Source of the DNA: Methylorubrum extorquens
Lineage (GTDB): Bacteria > Pseudomonadota > Alphaproteobacteria > Rhizobiales > Beijerinckiaceae
Reading direction: 5' to 3'
NCBI GenBank assembly: GCA_900234795.1
Contig: LT962688.1
Span: 4,140,001-4,172,000 of the forward strand
Length of the DNA stretch: 32,000 nt
A program made the translations under genes and the position numbers. A model generated the notes under the pieces. The model searched no databases, was not told the origin of the DNA, and was given only the letters and a program-made list of their open reading frames with translations. Positions 9,931 to 18,845 of the stretch are shown in pieces (the first letter of the stretch is position 1; the number at the start of each line of letters is the position of its first letter).

Positions 9931-10416
9931 ATGATCGTCCGCTCCCTCATCGCCGCCGCCCTGATCGGCGGCATGGCTCACCCTGCCGCCGCGCAGGACA
10001 CCGCCCCGCCCCCCGCCGCGACTGCGCCGCAGGAGCCCTCGCAAGAGCCTTCGCGGGAGGCCGCCCCGCCGCGGCCGATCCGCAACGCGCCGAGCCCGCG
10101 GGCGCTGGAATTCGCCGCCTACATCTTCTCGGCGGTCAATGTCTGCGGCTATCGGCTCAACGCGTCCGAATTCGAGGCGCTGCTCGCCAAGCAGAACACG
10201 CGGCCCGAGGACGTGAGCCCCCGCGGCCCCTTCGGCAACCGGGTGATCGGCATCTTCACACTGATGTCCAACCAGATGAACCTCAACCGCGAACAGGCCT
10301 GCCTCGCGGTGGCCGGCGAGTACGGCCCCGAGGGGAACGTGGTGAAGAACGTCCTGCTGCCGCCGGGCGCCGGCGAGCCGGTCCCCGCGCCGGGAGGCAA
10401 GCCGGCGCAGCCGTAA
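9931..10416 (+). CDS. Secreted hypothetical protein (signal peptide, Pro-rich linker)
   Basis: Features are the N-terminal signal sequence MIVRSLIAAALIGGMAHPAAAQD, a Pro-rich linker, and then a globular-looking region with two Cys residues. The ORF occupies an otherwise empty gap. I did not recognise a family. Confidence 0.55.
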   Translation: MIVRSLIAAALIGGMAHPAAAQDTAPPPAATAPQEPSQEPSREAAPPRPIRNAPSPRALEFAAYIFSAVNVCGYRLNASEFEALLAKQNTRPEDVSPRGPFGNRVIGIFTLMSNQMNLNREQACLAVAGEYGPEGNVVKNVLLPPGAGEPVPAPGGKPAQP

Positions 10417-10439
10417 CCGCCCCCGCCGGCCGAGGGAGT

Positions 10440-10459
10440 GCCGCCGCAAAGTCGGCGGC
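10440..10459 (+). terminator. Hairpin GCCGCCG-CAAAGT-CGGCGGC
   Basis: There is a 7-bp perfect stem with a 6-nt loop, 24 nt after the stop of the 161-aa ORF. No T-tract follows. Confidence 0.3.
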
Positions 10460-10530
10460 TCCCCGTGCCCGCGAAATGCTGTAGAGGGACGGGCGATACC
10501 CGCGTCCGTCTCTCCCGCTGGCCCTGGCCC

Positions 10531-11649
10531 ATGTCCGCAACCGATCCCGTGCTTCGCCCTCAGCCGCGCCCCGGCGTGCTCGCCATCGAGGCCTACGTGC
10601 CCGGCAAGAGCGCCGCGCCGGGCGTGGCGAAGATCCACAAGCTCTCTTCGAACGAGACGCCTTTGGGCCCGAGCCCGCACGCGATCGAGGCTTTGCGGGC
10701 CGAGGCCGCGACGCTGGCCCTCTATCCCGACGGCAGCGCGACCCGCCTGCGCACGGCGATCGGCGCGCGCTACGGCATCGATCCCGCCCGCATCGTCTGC
10801 GGTGCCGGCTCGGACGAATTGCTGACGCTGCTGGCGATGGCCTTTGTCGGGCCGGGCGACGAGGGCATCTTCTGCGAGCACGGCTTCCTCGTGTACCGGA
10901 TCGCGATCCTGACGGCGGGCGGCACGCCGGTGGTGGCGCCGGAAACGAACCTGACGGCGGATGTCGATGCCATCCTCGCCGCGGTCACGCCCCGCACCCG
11001 GATCGTCTACCTCGCCAACCCCAACAACCCGACCGGCACCTACCTGCCATTCGAGGAGGTGCGCCGCCTGCATGCCGGCCTGCCCGGCAACGTGCTCCTC
11101 GTGCTCGACGGGGCCTATGCCGAGTACGTGCGCGCCAACGACTACACCGCCGGCCTCGAAATGGCGCTCGATGCCGCCAACGTCGTGATGACGCGCACCT
11201 TCTCGAAGATCCACGGGCTCGCGGCGCAGCGCATCGGCTGGATGGTCGGCTCCGAAACCGTGGTCGATGCGATCAACCGCATCCGCGGACCGTTCAATCT
11301 CTCGGCGGGCGGCATCGCCGCCGGGGCGGCGGCGATCGCCGACGAGGCCCACGTTGCCGCGGCGGTGGCCCACAACGACGAATGGCTCGCCTGGCTCACC
11401 CGCGAGGTCGAGGCGCTGGGCCTCACCGTGACGCCGAGCGTCGGCAACTTCCTGCTCGTCCACTTTTCGGACACGCCCGACCGCACGGCGGCGGAAGCGG
11501 ATGCGCATCTGACACGCGCGGGCGTGATCGTGCGGCGCGTCTCCTCCTATGGCTTGCCCAACGCCCTGCGGGTGACCGTCGGCGGCGAGGAGGCCAATCG
11601 CGCCTTCGTGGATGCGCTGGCCGCCTTCCTGGGAGCCCAGCGTTCGTGA
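10531..11649 (+). CDS. hisC: Histidinol-phosphate / aromatic aminotransferase (class II PLP)
   Basis: Motifs seen are [38 protein letters not shown] and [16 protein letters not shown] (the PLP lysine motif). The start at the ATG at 10531 gives [16 protein letters not shown]. Confidence 0.9.
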   Translation: MSATDPVLRPQPRPGVLAIEAYVPGKSAAPGVAKIHKLSSNETPLGPSPHAIEALRAEAATLALYPDGSATRLRTAIGARYGIDPARIVCGAGSDELLTLLAMAFVGPGDEGIFCEHGFLVYRIAILTAGGTPVVAPETNLTADVDAILAAVTPRTRIVYLANPNNPTGTYLPFEEVRRLHAGLPGNVLLVLDGAYAEYVRANDYTAGLEMALDAANVVMTRTFSKIHGLAAQRIGWMVGSETVVDAINRIRGPFNLSAGGIAAGAAAIADEAHVAAAVAHNDEWLAWLTREVEALGLTVTPSVGNFLLVHFSDTPDRTAAEADAHLTRAGVIVRRVSSYGLPNALRVTVGGEEANRAFVDALAAFLGAQRS

Positions 11650-12584
11650 CCGAGGGGGTGGAGCGCCTCGCCATCGTCGGGCTCGGCCTGATCGGTTCCT
11701 CGATCGCCCGCGGCGCCCGGACCTATGGGCTGGCGCGGGAGATCGTGGCGGTCGACCGCGACGCGGGCGTGATCGAGCGCGTCAAAGCCCTGAATCTGGC
11801 GGACGAGGCGAGCACCGAAGCCTCGGCGGTGGCTAGGGCCGATCTCGTCATCCTCTGCGTGCCGGTGGGCGCCATCGGCGCGGTGGCGGCCGAGATCGCG
11901 CCGCATCTGAAGCGGGGCGCGGTGGTCTCCGATGTCGGGTCGGTCAAGGCCGCGGTGGTGGCCGCCGTCGCGCCGCATCTCTCCCCCGCTAATCCGTTCG
12001 TTCCGGCGCATCCGGTGGCGGGCACCGAGTATTCCGGGCCGGACTCGGGCTTCGCCACCCTGTTCTCGAACCGCTGGTGCATCCTCACGCCGCCGGAGGG
12101 GACGGATCCGGCGGCGGTCGAGCGGGTGCAGGGCCTGTGGCAGGGCTTGGGCGCCATCGTCGAGACCATGACGCCCGAGCACCACGACCTCGTGCTCGCC
12201 ATCACCAGCCATGTGCCGCACCTGATCGCCTACAACATCGTCGGCACCGCGGCCGACCTCGAAGAGGTCACCCAGTCGGAGGTGATCAAGTTCTCCGCCG
12301 GCGGCTTTCGCGATTTCACCCGCATCGCCGCCTCCGACCCGACCATGTGGCGCGACATCTTCCTGACCAACCGCGACGCGGTGCTGGAAATGCTCGGGCG
12401 CTTCAACGAGGATCTATCCGCCCTGTCGCGGGCGATCCGCTGGGGTGACGGCGAGGCGCTGCACGAGCTGTTCACCCGCACCCGCACCATCCGCCGCGGC
12501 ATCGTCGCCATGGGCCAGGAAACGGCCGAGCCGGATTTCGGCCGCGCCCGCAACGCGGCGGCGCCCGCGGCGAAGCAGAGCTGA
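11646..12584 (+). CDS. tyrC: Prephenate/arogenate (cyclohexadienyl) dehydrogenase
   Basis: Features are the Rossmann motif [29 protein letters not shown] and ITSHVPHL. The GTG start overlaps the hisC stop codon (GTGA), indicating translational coupling. Confidence 0.85.
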   Translation: MTEGVERLAIVGLGLIGSSIARGARTYGLAREIVAVDRDAGVIERVKALNLADEASTEASAVARADLVILCVPVGAIGAVAAEIAPHLKRGAVVSDVGSVKAAVVAAVAPHLSPANPFVPAHPVAGTEYSGPDSGFATLFSNRWCILTPPEGTDPAAVERVQGLWQGLGAIVETMTPEHHDLVLAITSHVPHLIAYNIVGTAADLEEVTQSEVIKFSAGGFRDFTRIAASDPTMWRDIFLTNRDAVLEMLGRFNEDLSALSRAIRWGDGEALHELFTRTRTIRRGIVAMGQETAEPDFGRARNAAAPAAKQS

Positions 12585-12601
12585 AGGAAAGGGCGCCCGA
12601 G

Positions 12602-13546
12602 ATGCGCACATTCGCCATCGTTGCCGTCGTCGAGGGGGCGGCGCCCGAGCTGTTCGAGTGGCTCGCCTTCCACCGGGCGGTCGGCGTGCGCCACTTCGTG
12701 ATCTACGACAACGGACTCGACGGCGAGGCCGCGGCGTTCCTGAAGGCGCAGGCGGCGATCGGCGTCACCACCCTGCCCTGCCCGACCCGCGTCGACCGCA
12801 CCCCGCTTTTTGCGGCCTACGACCATTTCCTCGCCTCGTGGGCGCGGCTGTTCCGCTTCGCCGCCTTCCTCGGCACCGATGAATTCCTGGTGCCAGCGCC
12901 CGGCCGTTCGATCGAGGACTGGATCGCCCGCATCCCGCCGCATGCCGGCGCGGTGGTGGTCAACCGGCGCGTCTTCGACACCGCGGCGCCGGAGGGGCCC
13001 GCCTCCGGGCTCGTCCTGCGCCGTTTCCCTCGCTCTCTCGCGCAGGCCGACCACGCGGAGAACCGCGTCGTCACATCGATCTACCGGCAGGGCGCCATCA
13101 CCACGATCGCCGACCCGCACATGACGGAACTCGTGCGGGGCGAGCGACTGATGAGCGATTTCGGCCCCGCCGAGCCGGACCCGCAGCGGCCCGGCGCGAT
13201 CCTCGCCGTGCGGCACGGGGAGATCCGGCTCAACCACTATCCCCGTCCCGTTCCGGGCGCGCCGCCACCCGAAACGCGCGCGGAGACGGAGCCGTGCACC
13301 CGGACGGCCAGCTGGGTCCGGCCGACCCTCGACGAGATGCGCCATCTCCTGGCTTACGTGGAGAGTGTCGCCCCGTCCGAGGCCGCGCGGCTGCGCGCAC
13401 GCAGCGCCGCCGTGCCCGAGCTGGCGCAGCCGGTCGCGCCGCGGGAGCATCGCCTGTGGCGGCTGCACCATCTGCACAGGCCGCGGGTGGAAGCCGCCGG
13501 GCGCTTCGTCCGGCGCAAGATTTTTGGGGCGCCGCGCCCCTGGTAG
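12602..13546 (+). CDS. Glycosyltransferase family 92-like (DUF23) protein
   Basis: The N-terminus reads FAIVAVVEGAAPELFEWLAFHRAVGVRHFVIYDNGLDG, and a D-x-D-like FLGTDEFLV is present. Both resemble the GT92 signature. The C-terminal ~100 aa are Pro/Arg-rich and unassigned. An AGGAAAGGG RBS lies upstream. Confidence 0.55.
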   Translation: MRTFAIVAVVEGAAPELFEWLAFHRAVGVRHFVIYDNGLDGEAAAFLKAQAAIGVTTLPCPTRVDRTPLFAAYDHFLASWARLFRFAAFLGTDEFLVPAPGRSIEDWIARIPPHAGAVVVNRRVFDTAAPEGPASGLVLRRFPRSLAQADHAENRVVTSIYRQGAITTIADPHMTELVRGERLMSDFGPAEPDPQRPGAILAVRHGEIRLNHYPRPVPGAPPPETRAETEPCTRTASWVRPTLDEMRHLLAYVESVAPSEAARLRARSAAVPELAQPVAPREHRLWRLHHLHRPRVEAAGRFVRRKIFGAPRPW

Positions 13547-13582
13547 GTGAGGGTCGGAGCGTCTCTGTATCGGGCGCCCAGA

Positions 13583-13942
13583 TCAGGCCGCGATGCGGAT
13601 CGTCGAGGTGATCTCGTCCACGTCGCTCGATAGGCGGCCGTCGGCTTCTCGCGTCACCAAGCCGAGTTCCGTCAGCGCCACCACATCCTCGTGCACGCGT
13701 CGAACATCCCGCCCGAGCGATCGGGCGAGGGCACGGATGCCGCTCTCGGGTGAGCGCCGGAGGTGCCGCAGGAGTTCGTAGCGTTTGGGCGTCAGAACCG
13801 CGCACAAGGCCGCCCAATCCCGGAACAGGATGCGGTCGCTCGCAGGAGCCGGCGGATCGCCCTGCGCGGCTTTCCAAGCCTTCGCCACGTCCGCCGCGGC
13901 CTCGCGCAGGGACCGGCCGACCTCGATCTCAGTCTTTGCCAT
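13583..13942 (-). CDS. Winged-helix DNA-binding antitoxin-like protein (partner of the DUF6516/TumE-like toxin)
   Basis: Translation is MAKTEIEVGRSLREAA...LTPKRYELLRHLRRSPESGIRALARSLGRDVRRVHEDVVALTELGLV. This is a wHTH of the type found next to DUF6516 genes. The start overlaps the upstream ORF by 14 nt. Confidence 0.6.
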   Translation of the reverse strand: MAKTEIEVGRSLREAAADVAKAWKAAQGDPPAPASDRILFRDWAALCAVLTPKRYELLRHLRRSPESGIRALARSLGRDVRRVHEDVVALTELGLVTREADGRLSSDVDEITSTIRIAA

Positions 13943-14195
13943 GGTCCCTTCTCCAGCTCTCGACGGCTGCGACGAAGTCGTCGAGCAAACGATCGACACC
14001 CAAGAAGCGATACGGCGTTTCCACGCCGCCATCGTGCCGGTGGTCGCCCTTGCCGCGTTCGTTGTCGAAGCCGATCACCCGCACCCCGTCCACGATATAG
14101 ACGAGGTGACACTTGAAGCGGTGCGCCGCTGGCGGAACCGGCTCAGGCACACGCCACACCACCAGTTCCGCGAAATCCCGGTCGCCGAAAATCAA
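13929..14195 (-). CDS. DUF6516/TumE-like toxin-family protein (start codon uncertain, possibly N-terminally truncated)
   Basis: The core VVWRVPEPVPPAAHRFKCHLVYIVDGVRVIGFDNERGKGDHRHDGGVETPYRF matches my recollection of the DUF6516 signature (DNE-GKGDHRH). The only start in the frame is the TTG at 14195. The in-frame upstream codons read IKAALVIRRR back to a TAA. Confidence 0.55.
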   Translation of the reverse strand: MIFGDRDFAELVVWRVPEPVPPAAHRFKCHLVYIVDGVRVIGFDNERGKGDHRHDGGVETPYRFLGVDRLLDDFVAAVESWRRDHGKD

Positions 14196-14231
14196 GCGAC
14201 GGCGTATGACGAGCGCCGCCTTTATATTGGC

Positions 14232-14259
14232 ATGTTATGACAACAGCCTTTGTCGTCAA
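14232..14259 (-). promoter_or_regulatory. Sigma70-like promoter TTGACG-N16-TAACAT upstream of the toxin-antitoxin pair
   Basis: The minus strand reads cTTGACGacaaaggctgttgtcaTAACATgccaatATAAAG. The hexamers are at 14259..14254 and 14237..14232, and the predicted TSS is near 14225. A short GACAA/TTGTC inverted repeat lies in the spacer. Confidence 0.35.
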
Positions 14260-14277
14260 GCACCGGGCGGCACCCGC

Positions 14278-15381
14278 TCAGTACAGGGCCGGCAGCACCA
14301 CGTTCGGCACGGCGAGCGGGCCGAGCATCAGGCGCCCGTCGCCCAGGCGGAGCGTCGGTAGGGGCTTGAGGCCGTTGGGGCTGTCGGCCGCCTGCACCTC
14401 GCCGGCGGCGCTCTCGCGCTTGCGCAGGCCACCCAGGAACTGGCCCACGAGGTTGCCGATTAACGCGCCCTTGTCCGAGCCGTAGCGCTGGCCCATCACC
14501 TGCCCGACCAGGGCTTCGAGCCCGAGCGCGCGGATCTCAAAGCGTCCCTCAGGGCGATGCGCCTCGTCGAGGCCGACTTCGCCCTTGGCCTGAAGACGGC
14601 GCTCGCCCTTGGCGATCGACAGGCGGGTCACGTCGAGGCGGCCGTCGGCCTGACGCCATTTCTCCAGTTCCCGCGCCACCGTGCCGGTGCGCAGCACCGT
14701 GGCCCGCTCGATGGTCGTGTCGAGATCGACATCGGCCGGGTCGCTGCTGCCGCTCAGGGCGTCGAGCTGCGGCACGGCCGCCTTGGCGAGGCGCAGGCTG
14801 ATGTCGACGGCGCCGTCGCTCTCGAAACGGCCCGGAGTCGGCCGGGCGTGGAGTTCGAGGTGCTGGACGGCGAAGTCCACGGGGCCCGGATCGGGGGATT
14901 GCACCGTGCCTTTGGGGCCATCGACCACGAGGGAGGCGCGGCTGAAGCCGTTCGAAGCGGCGTGGAAGCTCGCTTCAAGAGACGTCCAGGTCACGTCGGC
15001 GGTCAGATCGCCCTGCTCGACACGGAAGGGGCCGGCGACTTCGAGAACGGCGTGGCGCGGATCGTAGACCTGCACCACGGCGGTGGTCGGCCCGAGGGTG
15101 AAATTGCCGTCGGAGCGGGCGAAGCGGACCGAGCCGCAGCGCAGTTCGAGGCGGAAGGGATAGCCGGTGATCGAGCGGTCGGCGCAGGTCCATTGCCGGC
15201 CGGCCTGCGCTTCACGAGCGAGCCAGGCATCCATCTCGCTCTCGGCCTTGCCGCGGATGAAGAACCACGCGGCGGTCCAGGCGACGACGAGAATGGCAAG
15301 CAGGATGTAGGGAAGGAACAGGCCGATTCGCCGCCGCCGGGGGGGCGATCCGCCGGGAATGGGATCGAGTGTCTGCGCCAT
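14278..15381 (-). CDS. DUF2125 domain-containing membrane-anchored protein
   Basis: There is an N-terminal TM anchor (RRRRIGLFLPYILLAILVVAWTAAWFF), followed by WTCADRSITGYPFRLELRC and a long beta-rich body. This architecture is typical of alphaproteobacterial DUF2125. I chose the start at 15381 (MAQTLDP). Confidence 0.7.
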   Translation of the reverse strand: MAQTLDPIPGGSPPRRRRIGLFLPYILLAILVVAWTAAWFFIRGKAESEMDAWLAREAQAGRQWTCADRSITGYPFRLELRCGSVRFARSDGNFTLGPTTAVVQVYDPRHAVLEVAGPFRVEQGDLTADVTWTSLEASFHAASNGFSRASLVVDGPKGTVQSPDPGPVDFAVQHLELHARPTPGRFESDGAVDISLRLAKAAVPQLDALSGSSDPADVDLDTTIERATVLRTGTVARELEKWRQADGRLDVTRLSIAKGERRLQAKGEVGLDEAHRPEGRFEIRALGLEALVGQVMGQRYGSDKGALIGNLVGQFLGGLRKRESAAGEVQAADSPNGLKPLPTLRLGDGRLMLGPLAVPNVVLPALY

Positions 15382-15470
15382 CGGCCTCGTTCCTGCGCGG
15401 CCCGGCAGGAGAGGCCGGACGCCCCGTGTTTGGAGACCGGGGCTGTCCAAGGCAAGGGCCCTGCCCTCCC

Positions 15471-15490
15471 GCTGGCTTTCACAGGCCAGC
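15471..15490 (-). terminator. Hairpin GCTGGC-N8-GCCAGC downstream of the 147-aa ORF
   Basis: There is a 6-bp perfect stem 26 nt after the stop codon at 15516. No U-tract follows. Confidence 0.25.
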
Positions 15491-15515
15491 GAGTGGACAC
15501 CGGCCGGGCACGGGA

Positions 15516-15959
15516 TCAGGCGTTCCCCTGCTCCGTGTCGGCGGCGAGGTCGAGCACGACGGCGCGACGCTCGGTCTCCCCCTCGGCGAGGCGGTGAACA
15601 TGCATCTCCGTCGCGCCTTCCTGGCGGGCGCGGGCCAGCCAGTTGCGGTGCAGGCGCTCGCGCGGCCCCTTGCCGGTCGCGGCGATGGACACGGCCTGAG
15701 CAATGCCGGCCTCGTCCCGCCGCACGGCGATGACCACCGCCTCATCGACCTCGGCGAGGTCGGGCTCGGCAAGTTCGTGGACGCCGACGACGTAGCGGCG
15801 GCCGGACCGCCCGCGCCACGCGCTCAAAGCGGGGGCGGCAACGCCGCGCAGGCCCGCCATGGTTCGGAGACGCTCCTCGCGCACATCCGCTCTCCGGGAT
15901 CGATCGTCCTTCAGATCGCGGAGCGCGACCGACCAGGACAGGGCTCGTTTGTTCGCCAT
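15516..15959 (-). CDS. Hypothetical protein (147 aa)
   Basis: This ATG-initiated ORF fills the gap between DUF2125 and lptE and has plausible, non-repetitive composition. I did not recognise a family. Confidence 0.45.
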   Translation of the reverse strand: MANKRALSWSVALRDLKDDRSRRADVREERLRTMAGLRGVAAPALSAWRGRSGRRYVVGVHELAEPDLAEVDEAVVIAVRRDEAGIAQAVSIAATGKGPRERLHRNWLARARQEGATEMHVHRLAEGETERRAVVLDLAADTEQGNA

Positions 15960-16257
15960 TTGTTCTGTTCTACAGCGCTCGTCCGATCGCCGTCAAGGCG
16001 CTGGTTCGGAACGGTTTCCGGGGTCAGGATAAGGTGGGGATTGCCGCTTGGTTCCACAAGCGACTGGGTCGCCCGGCGTCCCAATTCGGTCGAACGATCT
16101 TGGTCCTGCCGCACAGCATTCTTAAAGCACGAGTCTGGCAGGGTGACCGGGCGCGATGCCTGCCGTACAAGCGGAGCGGTGTGCTGCGCTTGGGGTCGAA
16201 GCGCCGGTTTTCGGACGGATCGACGTGACGCAGCGAGGAACAGCCTTGGGGCGGGGA

Positions 16258-16812
16258 ATGGGTGTGGCGAGGAACAGGCCGGGGGTTCGGATCGCGCGGC
16301 TCGCGCTCGCGGCCGGCCTCGCGCTGAATCTCGGTGCCTGCTTTCGTCCCCTCTACGGGCCGACGGCGTCGGGCGAATCGATGCAGGGCCTGCTCGCCGC
16401 GATCCAGGTCGATGACGTGAACATGGCGCAGGATCAGGAGCGCCTCGGGCACTACCTGCGCAGCGAGCTGATCTTCGATCTCGACGGCTCCGGCCAGGCT
16501 GCCGTGCCCAAGCGCTACCGGCTGAAGATGCAGGGCTCCGAGCAGGTCCAGACGCCGATCGTCTCCTCGACCACGGCGCGGGCGGAAGCCGGCACCATCG
16601 TCGGCACGGTGAAGTTCTCGCTGGAGAGCCTGGACGGGCGCCGCGTCCTCACCGAGGGCGTCGCGACCGGCACCGCGACCTACGATCGCTCGATCCAGCG
16701 GTTCGCCTCGCTGCGCGCCGCGCGCGACGCCGAGATCCGCCTCGCCAAGGTGCTCGCCGAACAGATCAAGACCCGGATCGCTTCCGTCCTCACCGTCAAG
16801 ACGAACCCCTGA
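16258..16812 (+). CDS. lptE: LPS-assembly lipoprotein LptE-like
   Basis: A lipobox is present (MGVARNRPGVRIARLALAAGLALNLGAC). The size is about 180 aa, and it sits immediately upstream of holA, as in the classical leuS-lptE-holA arrangement. Confidence 0.7.
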   Translation: MGVARNRPGVRIARLALAAGLALNLGACFRPLYGPTASGESMQGLLAAIQVDDVNMAQDQERLGHYLRSELIFDLDGSGQAAVPKRYRLKMQGSEQVQTPIVSSTTARAEAGTIVGTVKFSLESLDGRRVLTEGVATGTATYDRSIQRFASLRAARDAEIRLAKVLAEQIKTRIASVLTVKTNP

Positions 16813-16822
16813 CGGGCGTGGC

Positions 16823-17854
16823 ATGACGGCGGTCAAAGCCGGCGATGTCGAGGGGCTGGTCCGGCGCGGCCCCGATCCGCGCATTGCGGTCGTTCTGGTC
16901 TACGGGCCGGATGTCGGCCTCGTCGCTGACCGGGCGATGCGGCTGGTCCGGGGGATGGTCGCCGACCCCGACGACCCCTTCGCGCTCATCAGGATCGACG
17001 GCGACACCCTCGCCTCCGACCCGGGCCGCTTGGTCGACGAGGCCGGCACCGTCGGCCTGTTCGGCGGCAGCCGCACGATCTGGGTCCGCTCCGGCAGCCG
17101 CAATTACGCGCCGGCCGTCGATGCAGTGCTGAAGGCGCCGACCGAAGGCGCCCGCATCGTCGTGGAGGCAGGCGACCTCGCCCGCTCCGCCCCCCTGCGC
17201 ACGCTCTGCGAGGGATCGCCCAAGGCGCTCGCCCTGCCCTGCTACCCCGACGACGAGCGCACGCTCGCCGACCTGATCGAGCGCACATTGCAGGAGGACG
17301 GACTGCGCATCGACCGCGACGCCCGCGACCTGCTGACGGGCAGCCTCGGCAGCGACCGCCGCGCCAGCCTGTCCGAGATCGGTAAGCTCGCCCTCTATGC
17401 CCACGGCCAGGGCAGCGTCGGCGTGGACGACGTCGAGGCGATCGTCAGCGATGTCGGGGCAAGCGTGCTCAACGCCCTGATCGACGCGGCCTTCGCCGGC
17501 CGCGCCAGCGAGGCCGAGCGCGAGTATCGCCGCTTCCGCCACGAGGGGATGGACCCTTCGGCGATGCTCGGCGCCGGGTTGCGCCACGCGCTCACCCTGC
17601 TCTCCCTACGCCTCGACAATCCGCGCGGCAGCGCGAGCCAGATCGTCGCCAATTGGCGCGGCCTGCATTTCCGGCGCAAGGCGCTGGCCGAAACCCAGCT
17701 CGCCCGCTGGTCGGCACCGGGGCTGCAACAGGCCGTGGCATGGCTCCAGGACGCCGTGCTCGCCTGCCGCCGCTCGGAGCCGGACCTCGCCCACGCCCAG
17801 GCGCAGGGCGTGTTCCTGCGGATCGCCATCGAGGCCGCGCGGCGGCGCGCCTGA
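16823..17854 (+). CDS. holA: DNA polymerase III subunit delta
   Basis: The product is 343 aa, with N-terminal VLVYGPDVGLV...LFGGSRTIWV and a helical C-terminal half. The position directly after lptE supports the call. Confidence 0.8.
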   Translation: MTAVKAGDVEGLVRRGPDPRIAVVLVYGPDVGLVADRAMRLVRGMVADPDDPFALIRIDGDTLASDPGRLVDEAGTVGLFGGSRTIWVRSGSRNYAPAVDAVLKAPTEGARIVVEAGDLARSAPLRTLCEGSPKALALPCYPDDERTLADLIERTLQEDGLRIDRDARDLLTGSLGSDRRASLSEIGKLALYAHGQGSVGVDDVEAIVSDVGASVLNALIDAAFAGRASEAEREYRRFRHEGMDPSAMLGAGLRHALTLLSLRLDNPRGSASQIVANWRGLHFRRKALAETQLARWSAPGLQQAVAWLQDAVLACRRSEPDLAHAQAQGVFLRIAIEAARRRA

Positions 17855-17915
17855 GGGCGGCACCGGGCTCTTCTCAGCCCTAGCGCTCGCTTCGTGAGAG
17901 CGGCGGTTTAGCCCC

Positions 17916-18818
17916 TCAGGCTCCGCCGAGCTTGCGGCAGAGCGCGTCGCGCTCCTCGGCGCTGGTGTAGCGGATACGGATCTCGCCCTCCCCGCTAGCC
18001 TTGGCCTTCACCGCCACGCTGTAGCCGAGTGCTCGGCCGAGCACGTCTTCAAGCGAACGCAGGGCGGCATCGCCCTCGGCGGAGCGGCGCGGACGGCCGG
18101 GGCGCGGCGTGTCGTCCTGCGGAGCCTCTGCCGAGGCCAGCGCCTCGACCTCACGCACCGATAGCCCCTCGGCCACGATCCGGCGGGCCACCGCCTCCGG
18201 GTCGCGCACGGAGAGAAGCGCGCGGGCATGGCCGGCGGTGATCTCGCTGGCGATCACCCGGTCCTGAATCGCGGGAGGAAGCTGGAGTAGGCGCAGGGTG
18301 TTGGCGAGATGGCTGCGGCTCTTGCCGAGCAGGTCGGCCAGCTCGGCCTGGGTATATTTGAACTCGCCCATCAGCCGCTCGTAGCCCGACGCCTCCTCGA
18401 TGGCGTTCAGGTCGGCCCGCTGGACGTTCTCAAGGATCGCGTATTCGAGCGAGGTGCGGTCGTCGATCTCGACCACCACCACCGGCACCTCGTTGAGGCC
18501 CGCCCGCTGGGCCGCACGCCAGCGCCGCTCGCCGGCGACGATCTCGAAGGTGCCGGGTACCCCCGAAAGCGCACGAACGACGATCGGCTGGATCACGCCG
18601 CGCTGGCGGATCGAGGCCGCCAGTTCGTCGAGTTCCGGCTCCGAGAAGCGGCGGCGCGGGTTGCGCGGGTTCGGGCGCAGGAACTCCACCGCCACCTTGC
18701 GCTGCGCATGTCCGGCGGTGCGGGCCGCCTCCTCCGGCGCGTCGTCGGAAAAGTCGCCGATCAGCGCCGCAAGGCCGCGGCCGAGCCGCGGGCGCGCCGT
18801 ATCATCCGCCATTGCCAC
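17916..18818 (-). CDS. parB: Chromosome partitioning protein ParB
   Basis: Motifs seen are LGRGLAALIG, IQPIVVR, EIVAGERRWRAAQ, the HTH QAELADLLGKSRSHLANTLRLLQLP, and ITAGHARALL. Confidence 0.95.
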   Translation of the reverse strand: MAMADDTARPRLGRGLAALIGDFSDDAPEEAARTAGHAQRKVAVEFLRPNPRNPRRRFSEPELDELAASIRQRGVIQPIVVRALSGVPGTFEIVAGERRWRAAQRAGLNEVPVVVVEIDDRTSLEYAILENVQRADLNAIEEASGYERLMGEFKYTQAELADLLGKSRSHLANTLRLLQLPPAIQDRVIASEITAGHARALLSVRDPEAVARRIVAEGLSVREVEALASAEAPQDDTPRPGRPRRSAEGDAALRSLEDVLGRALGYSVAVKAKASGEGEIRIRYTSAEERDALCRKLGGA

Positions 18819-18845
18819 GATCGAAACTCCAAACTTTCAAAAGAC

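Noticed and set aside
9772-11508. Very long antisense or alternative-frame ORFs. Examples are 9772..11508 (578 aa), 25911..28454 (847 aa), 5941..7311, 7463..8770, 3324..4775, 18309..19685 and 20319..21464.
   Set aside because: Their translations are Arg/Gly/Ala/Pro/Asp-rich with no recognisable motifs. Each lies opposite, or out of frame with, a gene that has clear family signatures. This is the usual stop-codon paucity of very GC-rich DNA.
16156-16257. The upstream extension of the lptE ORF. Its PVFGRIDV segment vaguely resembles the leuS C-terminus [11 protein letters not shown], which might be a remnant of an ancestral leuS 3-prime end.
   Set aside because: Only a G-R-I tripeptide plus one V is shared, which is far too weak without an alignment. 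The lipobox-containing start at 16258 explains the ORF.
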